This document shows positions 26,218 to 35,935 of a stretch of DNA of 64,000 nucleotides, one piece after another. The position numbers and the translations under genes are program-made. Position 1 is the stretch's first letter. Each line of letters starts with the position of its first letter. Origin of the DNA: Nanobdellota archaeon (GTDB lineage Archaea > Nanobdellota > Nanobdellia > Woesearchaeales > GW2011-AR4). The stretch is taken from assembly GCA_038046385.1 (NCBI GenBank), contig JBBSWH010000006.1, positions 125 to 64,124 on the forward strand, written 5' to 3'. The notes below the pieces were generated by a model. It had not been told where the DNA came from, ran no database searches, and worked only from the letters and a program-made list of their open reading frames with translations.

Positions 26218-27408
26218 TTATGCAGTAGCTCCTGCATCGGAGTCTGCATTTGCATCTTCTGAGTCGCTTGCCTCAACAAGAACTGATGTTGCGGCTGATG
26301 CCTTTATCTTGCTGACAATTGACTTCAGCACATCGTGCGCTTCTTTAAGCGAGTCTGCTGCGTCCTTCAAGAGCTGCCTTACTTCATCCATTGCAGATTT
26401 TACTGTTTCCTTGTCTGCATTGCCTTTCAATGAAGATATGATTTCTGAAAGCTTGTCTTTTGCCTCCTGATTCTTGGCAGATGCTGCTGCAATCTTCTCA
26501 TTGAATGATGCTACTTCTGCGCTTATGTCAACGTTCTTTGCCTTTGCCTTTTCTGACAGGGTTTCCAGCCTTTTTTCAAGAACTTCTGCCCTGTTTACTT
26601 CTCCCTGGATTCTTGCTGACAAGACTCTCAAGCTGAAGTATCTCCTAAAGTGCTCTGCCCTTGAATCGGCAAGTTTCTTTGCAACTTCCTTTAGCTGGTC
26701 TTTTGTTGTTGCTGCGCTTATTTCGGCTTTTAATGATGCAAGAGATGCTATCTGGGCGTCTATTGCAGTGGTGATTTCAGATTTTTCTGAATCCAATAAC
26801 TCTGTTTTTTCTGCAATATTCTCTTTTGCATGCTCAAGCTCTTCTGTAAGGTGATCAACTGACTTGACAAGGTATTCCTTGTACCTGTTGATTGTCTCGT
26901 TTGTCTTACCTTCCTTCTTTGCTTTTCTTGCAAGCTCAAGGGTATCGTGCCTTTCTTTTACCTCAACTTTTATTTTTTCCATGAACTCTTTTCTTTCTGT
27001 CATCATGGACTTTAGATTTTCTTTTGAAAGCTCCCTTACCTGCTTCATTTCTTCCCTTTTGGCTTCAATGGAATCTTTCATTGCTTCTCTTTTAATTTCC
27101 ATTTCAGCTTTAAGCTTCTCTCTTTCCTGCTCCATTGCTTCTTTGGATTGTGCCCTTGCGGCCTTTATTCTTTCCTGCTCTTTTCTCATGGCTTCCTTTG
27201 ATTCCAAGAGTTTTGCCTTTTCTTCTGCTGTCATCACTCTTTCCGATGTTGTGACTGCAACTTTTACATCATCTGTTTCTGCAGAGGCTGTTGCGCTTGC
27301 CTCTACTGCATCATCTGAGCCTTCATCGGCAAATGCCAACGGCACAAGGCTGAATAAAAACACTGCAATCATCATGACTGCGGCAAATTTCAATTTTTCC
27401 TGTTTCAT
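26218..27408 (-). CDS. Secreted coiled-coil protein
   Basis: Signal peptide KFAAVMMIAVFLFSLVPLAFA, then about 360 aa of K/E/A-rich heptad-like sequence. Confidence 0.5.
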   Translation of the reverse strand: MKQEKLKFAAVMMIAVFLFSLVPLAFADEGSDDAVEASATASAETDDVKVAVTTSERVMTAEEKAKLLESKEAMRKEQERIKAARAQSKEAMEQEREKLKAEMEIKREAMKDSIEAKREEMKQVRELSKENLKSMMTERKEFMEKIKVEVKERHDTLELARKAKKEGKTNETINRYKEYLVKSVDHLTEELEHAKENIAEKTELLDSEKSEITTAIDAQIASLASLKAEISAATTKDQLKEVAKKLADSRAEHFRRYFSLRVLSARIQGEVNRAEVLEKRLETLSEKAKAKNVDISAEVASFNEKIAAASAKNQEAKDKLSEIISSLKGNADKETVKSAMDEVRQLLKDAADSLKEAHDVLKSIVSKIKASAATSVLVEASDSEDANADSDAGATA

Positions 27409-27654
27409 TTTTTTCCTCCTATGTTTTTGTCAATTTTAAAATCAAACTGTTGCTTGTAAAGTTCATCTTCTTTATAAACAAACTTTTTTTACTGATTTTT
27501 TAGAGAATTTTTAGTGAGTTTAAAGCTTTACAAGGCTTTATTTCGGCTTTATTGGCTTCATTCAGTATTTTTAGGCCGTGGTTTTTGTTTTTAAGCGCTA
27601 AAAACAAGAAGATATTTACAAACTTTTTTATATCTCTTCTTGTTAACATGGCGT

Positions 27655-28344
27655 ATGAGATGGGGGATGTGGCTGTTTTTAGCAGTATTTTTTTTATCTG
27701 TTAATACTGCCAGCGCTGCGAGAATATACGGCAATGTATATGATTTCAGCCTTAATGAAGCGAAGAATGCAGAAGTCAGCATAAATACAACCCCCAATCA
27801 GTTTATGATTGCAAAAAACGGGACTTATTCTTTTGACGTGGCTAACGGCATTTATGAAATTGAAGCGAGGCAATACCAAAAAAATTATGTTGTGTCTTAT
27901 GCAAATGAGAATGTGACTGTAAGGCAAGAAGGAAATTACGTCCTTGACTTAATACTTTTTCCTGAGATTGAAACTGGCGGAGAAGACAGTTATCCTATAG
28001 ATGTCAATGAAAATATTTTGGATTCTTCCTCAAATAATTATTACATTTTATGGATTGTATTATTTTTGGCTGTATTGTCTGCTTTCAAATACTACATGAA
28101 AAGATGGTTTAATAAAAAATATAGTTTAGAGAAGAAAGACCCAGAATTTTCCGAAGAATCTGATCTTGATGATATTGTAAAAATCATAAAAAGCGAAGGC
28201 GGAAGGGCAACGCAAAAAGACATAAGGAAAAAGATACCATTGTCAGAAGCAAAGATAAGCCTGATGATTGCGGAGCTGGAGCACAAAGGAGTGGTGGAGA
28301 AGATAAAGAAGGGAAGGGGGAATATTATAATACTGAAAAAATGA
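27655..28344 (+). CDS. Membrane protein: extracellular carboxypeptidase-regulatory-like domain, TM helix, cytoplasmic winged-helix domain
   Basis: Track start 27640 is TTG. ATG 27655 gives signal peptide MRWGMWLFLAVFFLSVNTASA. RIYGNVYD...NGTYSFDVANGIYEIEA (CarboxypepD_reg-like). TM helix YYILWIVLFLAVLSAF. C-terminal GGRATQKDIRKKIPLSEAKISLMIAELEHKGVVEKIKKGR (wHTH). Confidence 0.55.
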   Translation: MRWGMWLFLAVFFLSVNTASAARIYGNVYDFSLNEAKNAEVSINTTPNQFMIAKNGTYSFDVANGIYEIEARQYQKNYVVSYANENVTVRQEGNYVLDLILFPEIETGGEDSYPIDVNENILDSSSNNYYILWIVLFLAVLSAFKYYMKRWFNKKYSLEKKDPEFSEESDLDDIVKIIKSEGGRATQKDIRKKIPLSEAKISLMIAELEHKGVVEKIKKGRGNIIILKK

Positions 28345-28787
28345 AGATTCAAAAAGCATCTTTAAAAGACTTGAATGAATGCTCAAAATTAAGCCATATC
28401 AAAGAATTTAGTGCATTGTATAAATTATCTAACTCAGAAGCAAAAAAATACCTTAAGCCTTTTATTGAAAATGGGATATTTCTAGTTGCAAAGAAAAAAG
28501 AGATTATCATTGGATTTATTTGTGCTGAATTTACATTAAGCAATTACGTTTGGGTTGATGCAATAGTTGTTGAGAAAAATTATAGAAGTAAAGGTGTGGG
28601 AAGATTATTATTTTCAGAAATGGAAAAACAGGCTAAAAAGAAAGGATTTGGAAACATTTTTCTTGTTGTTCCAAAGTTCAATAAACCATCTGTAGAGTTC
28701 TATAAATCAATGAAAATGAGCAAGGGTAATGAGTGTGTAGAATTTTCCAAAGTAATAAAGCAAAAACTTATAAACAATAATAGCTAA
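28341..28787 (+). CDS. GNAT-family N-acetyltransferase
   Basis: VVEKNYRSKGVGRLLFSEMEKQAKKKGF (acetyl-CoA binding R/Q-x-x-G-x-G/A motif). ATGA overlap with the upstream gene. Confidence 0.75.
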   Translation: MKIQKASLKDLNECSKLSHIKEFSALYKLSNSEAKKYLKPFIENGIFLVAKKKEIIIGFICAEFTLSNYVWVDAIVVEKNYRSKGVGRLLFSEMEKQAKKKGFGNIFLVVPKFNKPSVEFYKSMKMSKGNECVEFSKVIKQKLINNNS

Positions 28788-28810
28788 GCACACCTTGAGG
28801 GGTTTGGTTC

Positions 28811-29593
28811 ATGAGCGCTGAAAAAGAAATTGTAAACCATTGGTACAACAAAAAAGGGTATTTCACAATAAGCAACCTTAAGGCTAACAACAGGGATTTG
28901 GGAATTCTCGCATTTAAGCCGGATACAAACGACATAATCCACGTGCAGGTCAGCTGCTCTCTGACAGGCGCTTTTGAATCAAAGGAAAATGTTTCTGCTG
29001 AAAAGATATCAGAGGAAAAATTCTATGAAGATTCTATAGCGGCTGCAATCCAAAAAAACATGCCCATGCATGACAGCAAAAACTGGAAAAGAGTGCTTGT
29101 GTTAAGCTCATTGCCCAAATCCAGGAAAGAAAGCATAGTAAAAGAATTCCGCATGATGGAAGTTGAAGTAGTTGAATTTGAAAACATACTTTATGAGACT
29201 TTTGAACAATTAGATACCCATTATTACAAAAATGATATCATAAGGACGCTTCAGCTTACAAAATTCATTCTTCTAAATGATTCTGCAAAGCTTACTAAGA
29301 TGCTGATGAAAGGAAATTCCAATTCAAGGAAAGAACTTGTTTCAACTATGCTTGATGAAAAGGGCATCATGAAGGAATTCAGAAAGACAAATGCAGAAAG
29401 GCTTGGATCAATATTAAAAAATTCAGGCATCAAGCCTGCAGAGCTTGCGCATATGATTGAGCACAGCGTATTGAACAACAGGACAAGGAAGACTTTCATG
29501 AGCTCATTAAATGAGCAGGAAAAAATAAAAAAAGTTGTCGGAAAAATAATAAGCAAGAAAAAGAAAGAAATGAGCCTTGAGAAATTTTTGTGA
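28811..29593 (+). CDS. Hypothetical protein
   Basis: 260-aa ORF. The N-terminus (EKEIVNHWYNKKGYFTISNLKANNRDLGILAF...IHVQVS) is faintly nuclease-core-like, but I cannot support a family call. Confidence 0.35.
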   Translation: MSAEKEIVNHWYNKKGYFTISNLKANNRDLGILAFKPDTNDIIHVQVSCSLTGAFESKENVSAEKISEEKFYEDSIAAAIQKNMPMHDSKNWKRVLVLSSLPKSRKESIVKEFRMMEVEVVEFENILYETFEQLDTHYYKNDIIRTLQLTKFILLNDSAKLTKMLMKGNSNSRKELVSTMLDEKGIMKEFRKTNAERLGSILKNSGIKPAELAHMIEHSVLNNRTRKTFMSSLNEQEKIKKVVGKIISKKKKEMSLEKFL

Positions 29594-30848
<1,255 letters not shown>

Positions 30849-30950
30849 AATAATGAGAGGTTAAATTTTGCTTATAAAGGTTTTGAAGAGTTTAGAATAA
30901 CAGAAAATGAAAGAAAAGTGAACTCACAGGCAGAATCTGTAGAGAATTGA

Positions 30951-31415
30951 TTATTTGTCTTCTTCACCCTCATTTGGCAAGTCCTCGAGCCTTATTGTAA
31001 CTTTTCTTCCTGTTTTCATGTCCTTTGCGAATATTTTCTGGTTTCCTATATGGATAATTTTGACTACGTCGCCGCGCACAGTAATGGTATCTCCTCTTCT
31101 GTATTTTGAAAGCCTGAAAAGTGCGTTGACTCGGTAAAGATCCTTTCCCTGCCTCTTTGTGTGCAGCTGCGATGTAATATTTAGCTGCCCGCCAAAACTC
31201 TCTTTCAACTTCTTGCCAATTGCCCTTATGAACTGCTGCGATGATATGTACAAATCGAATCCATTTTCGAGCTTGACTGTTTTAGTTACAAATACGTCTT
31301 CCCTCTTGGCAACCTGGTTGCTGACAAATGCCATAATCTCTTCGTTTATATCCCTTAATTGCAGAATCCCCTGAAAATAATTTGGCCTTGCAAGTGTGAA
31401 TTTCTTCTTTTCCAT
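30951..31415 (-). CDS. NMD3-like protein lacking the N-terminal zinc-binding region
   Basis: FQGILQLR (compare yEAilQvR) and a following OB/SH3-like segment. Only 154 aa and no CxxC clusters. Confidence 0.4.
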   Translation of the reverse strand: MEKKKFTLARPNYFQGILQLRDINEEIMAFVSNQVAKREDVFVTKTVKLENGFDLYISSQQFIRAIGKKLKESFGGQLNITSQLHTKRQGKDLYRVNALFRLSKYRRGDTITVRGDVVKIIHIGNQKIFAKDMKTGRKVTIRLEDLPNEGEEDK

Positions 31416-31467
31416 AGTAATTAATAAAAAGCAAACCTTTTTATTCTTTTTGTAAAGAAAGTGGCTT

Positions 31468-32088
31468 ATGGCAAAAAGCAGGCATTACTGGAAAAAATTC
31501 TGGCATTTTATATGGGAAGATGACAGTGTATGGAGCTGGATTGCGAATGTTGCCCTTGCGTTTATTCTTATAAAATTTATAGTCTATCCTGGCCTTGGGT
31601 TTTTGCTGCAGACAACGCACCCTGTTGTCGCTGTTGTGAGCGAAAGCATGGAGCATGATGCTTCTTTTGATTTATGGTGGACAAATTCAAACTCCTGGTA
31701 CGTTTCAAACGGAATATCCAAGGATAATTTTGAAGGGTTTAAGCTAAAAAACGGATTTAATAAAGGAGATATAATAATACTGAAAGGAAAGAATCCTGCT
31801 AATATAAAAGTTGGAAATGTTATAGTTTTCTGGAGCACAAAAAAAGACCCGATAATTCACAGGGTTGTTAAGAAATGGGAAGAAAACGGCAATTACCATT
31901 TTCAGACAAAAGGGGATAATTATAAGACTAACCCCTCATCAATCAAAAGCATTTTTCTTGATGAAACTGACATAAGCGAGGAGCAGATTATTGGAACTGC
32001 TGCTGCAAGGATTCCTTTGCTTGGATACATCAAGATATGGTTCGTGCAGATTATCGATTCTGCAAGGATTTTGCTTCAAAAAGGTTAA
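31468..32088 (+). CDS. Signal peptidase I, archaeal/eukaryal S26B (Sec11) type
   Basis: N-terminal TM helix, VVSESMEH (catalytic Ser box), GDIIILKG, IHRVV and TKGDNY boxes. Confidence 0.8.
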   Translation: MAKSRHYWKKFWHFIWEDDSVWSWIANVALAFILIKFIVYPGLGFLLQTTHPVVAVVSESMEHDASFDLWWTNSNSWYVSNGISKDNFEGFKLKNGFNKGDIIILKGKNPANIKVGNVIVFWSTKKDPIIHRVVKKWEENGNYHFQTKGDNYKTNPSSIKSIFLDETDISEEQIIGTAAARIPLLGYIKIWFVQIIDSARILLQKG

Positions 32089-32120
32089 ATTTATATAGAA
32101 TTGACTCAAGATTTTGTTCT

Positions 32121-32438
32121 ATGTTTTGTCCAAAGTGCGGCTCCATACTGGTGCCAAAGAAGGAAGAGAGCAAAAAGATGTTTGTATGCTCATGCGGCTA
32201 CAAGACTGCACAGCTGGAAGCACAGACCATAAAAGAGTCTGTTCCGAAGAATGATAAGGGAATAGAGGTAGTTGACAAAGGCGAACTGCAGACGCTTCCT
32301 AAAACAACGGTAGAATGCCCTAAATGCTCGCATAAAACAGCTTATTTCTGGCTTGTACAGACAAGAGCCGGGGATGAGCCTGAAACTAAATTCTTAAAGT
32401 GCGAGAAATGCGGCCATACATGGCGCGATTATGACTGA
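32121..32438 (+). CDS. tfs: Transcription factor S (TFS / RpoM-like cleavage factor)
   Basis: N-terminal Zn ribbon CPKC...CSCG. C-terminal TFIIS-type ribbon CPKC...QTRAGDEPET...CEKC. ATG 32121 lies about 25 nt after TTAAATTTATATA. The track ORF start 32037 is upstream and overlaps the previous gene. Confidence 0.85.
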   Translation: MFCPKCGSILVPKKEESKKMFVCSCGYKTAQLEAQTIKESVPKNDKGIEVVDKGELQTLPKTTVECPKCSHKTAYFWLVQTRAGDEPETKFLKCEKCGHTWRDYD

Positions 32439-32443
32439 AGCGT

Positions 32444-32917
32444 TTACGCAGCTGGTTCTGGCATAATATAACTAAAAGGGTCTGGCTGATAATCTCGAAG
32501 ACTCTTTCTAATGTCTCTGACAATCATAGCTTGATTGACCAAATGCCTTAAACCATCAGATCCAATAGGCTTCTGAACAACCCCCTCTGGTTTTGATGCT
32601 CCAAGCGTTTCTTGTATTTTTTTATATTCTTCAGTTGCTTCGTATCCTGTGATGACTACAACCTGTGTTGAAGTATTTAATTCTTTGATTCTTCTTGTCA
32701 ATTCTGCTCCATTCATACTTGGCATGTTTAGATCTGTTAAAACCAAATCAAAAGGGACACCTGCAGTTAACCGGGCAGTGTAATTAGTTAAACCATCTTG
32801 ACCATCTACTGCTGTATCTACATTTGCCCCAAAATTTTTTAATGCAATTGCAAATATTCTTCTAACAATAGCTTCATCATCAACTACCAGTATTTCAAGT
32901 GGTTTTTGGCTGTCCAT
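32444..32917 (-). CDS. Stand-alone response-regulator receiver (CheY-like) protein with a short C-terminal extension
   Basis: VVDDE, DLVLTDLNMPSMNG (phospho-acceptor Asp), VVVITGY and QKP motifs. Confidence 0.75.
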   Translation of the reverse strand: MDSQKPLEILVVDDEAIVRRIFAIALKNFGANVDTAVDGQDGLTNYTARLTAGVPFDLVLTDLNMPSMNGAELTRRIKELNTSTQVVVITGYEATEEYKKIQETLGASKPEGVVQKPIGSDGLRHLVNQAMIVRDIRKSLRDYQPDPFSYIMPEPAA

Positions 32918-33027
32918 GATAAAATAAAAAGTATATTCTTTATAAACCTTTCTATTGTTACTATTTAATAGTGGTTATTCATAAGCATCATCTATATTAT
33001 ATATAGTGGCAGCGTAACCATGCATAT

Positions 33028-33261
33028 ATGGATATTAAAGTTAAAAAATTTAAAGTCATTGTATCTGCTAATGCAAAGTCCAATGAAATCATCAGTTTTG
33101 ATGAATCTAGGAATGCCTATAAAATTTCAATAAAGGCAAGGGCAGAAGACAACAAGGCAAACATTGAGCTTATGAAGTTTCTTTCAAAAACTACAAAGAA
33201 AAAAGCAAGAATCGTTTCTGGGCTTCGTTCAAGGGAAAAGATTGTAGAGTTGGAAGATTAA
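33028..33261 (+). CDS. DUF167 (YggU-like) protein
   Basis: ISIKARAEDNKANIELMKFLSK...IVSGLRSREKIVEL matches the DUF167 pattern. Confidence 0.6.
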   Translation: MDIKVKKFKVIVSANAKSNEIISFDESRNAYKISIKARAEDNKANIELMKFLSKTTKKKARIVSGLRSREKIVELED

Positions 33262-33350
33262 GGTGGTAAAATTTTGATGGCAAAATTCTTATTAAAACAA
33301 CAAAGCTTTTAAGGTAGTTTATTGAATTTACATAAAAAAAGAGGGAGATT

Positions 33351-34025
33351 ATGTTCTTTAAGAGAAAAACAACAGATTTGGAACTGTTGCCGCCACCGGC
33401 ACCTGAGGATATTGATAGTTTTGAAGATTTTGATGAGATTGCAGATGAAAGCAGAAATTCTCCTGAAGCAATGAGGTTTGGTGATATTCTTGATGCGCCA
33501 AAAAAGAAGAGGAAGGCTGCAAAGATAAAATCAAAAGGCAAGAAGGAAAAGCCTGCTGAAAAAGAAGATATTAATTTTGATTCTTTTGAAGACATTAAAT
33601 TTGATGATATGCCTGGCATTACTGATGATATCTCCACTATTCCGCTTTTGAGCCAGGAGATTCCTTATCCGAATCCAAAAGAGCTGGATGATGCAAAAAA
33701 CGAGATAAATGAGGCAATTAAAAAGATAAAGGGAAACGAGAAAAAATCAGTTTTCAGCAGGCTTTTTGGGAAGAAAAACATAACTCAGGAAATTGTTCCT
33801 TATCAGGCGCCTATCCCTGCTGACAATTTATCTGCAGTAAAAACAAAAATTGCAATGATAAGGGAAGCACTTATGAAATTTGACACTGAAAATGCTAAAA
33901 TTCTCTATAAAGAAGCGCTTGATGCTTACAACTCAATGAATTCTGAAGATCAGGCAAAAGTGTACAACGACATAAAAGAGATTTATTTTGAGAGGAAGAG
34001 CGCAGAGCAGTTTAAGGGAAAGTAA
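33351..34025 (+). CDS. Acidic orphan protein with N-terminal basic/LPPPAP motif and a C-terminal helical motif
   Basis: MFFKRKTTDLELLPPPAPEDIDSFEDFDE. D/E/F-rich middle. C-terminal ENAKILYKEALDAYNSMNSEDQAKVYNDIKEIYFER is shared with 12229..15372. Confidence 0.45.
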   Translation: MFFKRKTTDLELLPPPAPEDIDSFEDFDEIADESRNSPEAMRFGDILDAPKKKRKAAKIKSKGKKEKPAEKEDINFDSFEDIKFDDMPGITDDISTIPLLSQEIPYPNPKELDDAKNEINEAIKKIKGNEKKSVFSRLFGKKNITQEIVPYQAPIPADNLSAVKTKIAMIREALMKFDTENAKILYKEALDAYNSMNSEDQAKVYNDIKEIYFERKSAEQFKGK

Positions 34026-34101
34026 TTCTTTGATTTTTTTATATGCTGCTAACATAAGCAATATCATAAACTTAATAAACAACTTATAGAAAGCAGGATT
34101 G

Positions 34102-34728
34102 ATGAAAAGAGGAATTTTTATTGTTGTTGACGGGCTTGACGGCTCCGGAAAAAGCGAGATTGTTAAGATGCTCCACAACTATCTGTTCTCCAAAAACAAA
34201 AAATACAGGATAATGACCACAAGAGAGCCGACTAACGGCAAGTACGGCGCAAAGATAAGGAAAATGCTCGCAAAGGAAAAAGACCCGTTCAGCAGCAGCA
34301 GGAAGCTAGTGGATATGTTTGTCAAAGACAGGGAAGATCATCTTAAAAGAAATGTTGAGCCGTTTCTCAAGACAATAAACGGGCATGAACTGAACATTGC
34401 AATATGCGACAGATATTATTATTCTACAATAGCTTTCCAGGGTGCGCAGGGAATGGACATAAAAATGCTCATTAAGAAAAACAAAAAATTTAGAAAGCCG
34501 GATTTGGCAATAATCCTTGATGTTGATCCTTCTGTTGCCCTGAAAAGGATCGAATACAGAAAAAAGGAAAAATTTGAGCAGCTGGAATTCATGAAAAAAA
34601 TAAGGAATAATTTTTTGAAAATGCCAAAGATGCTAAAAAAGGACAACATCAAGATAATCAATTCATCAAAAAGCCTGAAGAATGTTTTTGCTAATGTAAA
34701 AAAAGAAGTAAATAATGTTCTGGCTTAA
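34102..34728 (+). CDS. tmk: Thymidylate kinase
   Basis: FIVVDGLDGSGKS P-loop, TREP and DRYYYS motifs. Track start 34099 is TTG and ATG follows at 34102. Confidence 0.85.
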   Translation: MKRGIFIVVDGLDGSGKSEIVKMLHNYLFSKNKKYRIMTTREPTNGKYGAKIRKMLAKEKDPFSSSRKLVDMFVKDREDHLKRNVEPFLKTINGHELNIAICDRYYYSTIAFQGAQGMDIKMLIKKNKKFRKPDLAIILDVDPSVALKRIEYRKKEKFEQLEFMKKIRNNFLKMPKMLKKDNIKIINSSKSLKNVFANVKKEVNNVLA

Positions 34729-35099
34729 GGGTTTTTAGGAGCCTGCCTTTGATAATATTCTTTTTCTTTGTGCTCTATTGGCTCTTCCTTGTGCTCAACA
34801 TGATGCACAATGACTTCCTCTTTCTTCGGCATTATTCTTTCCCATCTTAAAATCAAAGTTACAACGATTAATGCTACTGCCATTATAATTGAAGGCCAAA
34901 AAAGGCTATACTGCACAACTGTTTTTTGAATGTTAGGGTATGGATGGCATGCAAAATCCGAGCCGCAGTAGGATTCTGAAGAGCATTCCTTGTTGGAGTT
35001 GCATTCGCGGTTGCTTATGCTGACAAACCACCATGCTGCAAAGAAGATTATTATTGCTATAAGGATGAATGGTATTCCGCTTGCTTTTTTATTCTTCAT
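34725..35099 (-). CDS. Small two-TM protein with a Cys-rich loop
   Basis: TM helix IPFILIAIIIFFAAWWFV, CNSNKECSSESYCGSDFAC, second TM helix, His/Glu-rich tail. Confidence 0.4.
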   Translation of the reverse strand: MKNKKASGIPFILIAIIIFFAAWWFVSISNRECNSNKECSSESYCGSDFACHPYPNIQKTVVQYSLFWPSIIMAVALIVVTLILRWERIMPKKEEVIVHHVEHKEEPIEHKEKEYYQRQAPKNP

Positions 35100-35163
35100 A
35101 GCGGAAGTAAAATATGGGTCTTTTTAAACTTTTCTTAGTTAACTACTAAAGGGTAGATAAGAA

Positions 35164-35271
35164 CTAGTCTATGACTTCTTCCAGCTTCTCCTGTTCAGGA
35201 AAATCTGCAAGTTTTGTGTTTTTCTGGACTGTCTTGAATTTTATCGGCCTGCTTGTATCATTGTTCATCAT
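35164..35271 (-). CDS. Possible 35-aa small ORF downstream of dut
   Basis: Manual reading: MMNNDTSRPIKFKTVQKNTKLADFPEQEKLEEVID, preceded by TGAGGTGGA (SD-like). Below the ORF-track size cut-off. Speculative. Confidence 0.2.
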   Translation of the reverse strand: MMNNDTSRPIKFKTVQKNTKLADFPEQEKLEEVID

Positions 35272-35277
35272 TCCACC

Positions 35278-35709
35278 TCAATTTTGACCCGTGCTTCCAA
35301 AGCCGTTTTCATTTCTGGTTGTTTCGCCCAAGTCTTCTGTCTCTTCAAAAACAGCTTCCTCAACTTTTGCGAAAACCATCTGCCCTATCTTATTGCCCTT
35401 TTCAATCTTGTAAGGCTTGTCGCTAAGATTAATCATTGGGACCTTTATCTCTCCCCTGTAGCATGAATCGATAGTTCCGACAGAGTTTGCGTGGCTTATG
35501 CCGTGATTGATTGCCAAGCCGCTTTTTGGCCTTACCTGCGCTTCGTATCCGTGTGGGATTGCAATTTTAATGCCAGTCCCTATCAGTTTTCTTTCCATCG
35601 GCTTCAGAACATATTCTTCTGTTGAGTACAAATCAACGCCCGAATCGCCTTTGTGGGCATAAGAAGGAAGTTTCGCATCACCAATTCTTTTTATTTTTAT
35701 TTTAAGCAT
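35278..35709 (-). CDS. dut: dUTP diphosphatase (trimeric dUTPase)
   Basis: GDSGVDLYS, RPKSGLA, GTIDSCYRGE, IGQMVF and RNENGFGSTG (five dUTPase motifs). Confidence 0.9.
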   Translation of the reverse strand: MLKIKIKRIGDAKLPSYAHKGDSGVDLYSTEEYVLKPMERKLIGTGIKIAIPHGYEAQVRPKSGLAINHGISHANSVGTIDSCYRGEIKVPMINLSDKPYKIEKGNKIGQMVFAKVEEAVFEETEDLGETTRNENGFGSTGQN

Positions 35710-35809
35710 AAACCCTCTGAAAGAAATTAGTTTTTTAGCGGCAAGCTTATATTTAAACTATTCGCAATTAAAACATATAGCATTGGGAATATAGTTTTGA
35801 AAATGTTAG

Positions 35810-35925
35810 CGAGTTTTGCCATCACTAGGTGAGCATTATATTGCTGAACATATAACAAAAAGGAAATTGCAATGGGAATTTTTGTAATTAATTAGAACAT
35901 TCAATGCGAACGATGGCAAAACTCG
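35810..35925. repeat. Inverted-repeat structure in an intergenic region (14-nt perfect arms, 88-nt spacer), containing copy 2 of the 5537..5592 element
   Basis: CGAGTTTTGCCATC (35810-35823) is the exact reverse complement of GATGGCAAAACTCG (35912-35925). 35868-35921 is an inverted relative of 5537-5592. Confidence 0.55.
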
Positions 35926-35935
35926 TATTTTTTGC

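Noticed and set aside
26474-27439. Plus-strand ORFs 26474..26854 and 26864..27439.
   Set aside because: They are antisense to a secreted coiled-coil gene that has a proper signal peptide. The translations are S/F/A-rich shadow sequences.
33191-33637. Minus-strand ORF of 148 aa overlapping DUF167 and the acidic protein gene.
   Set aside because: It has low-complexity S/F/L content and overlaps two better-supported plus-strand genes.
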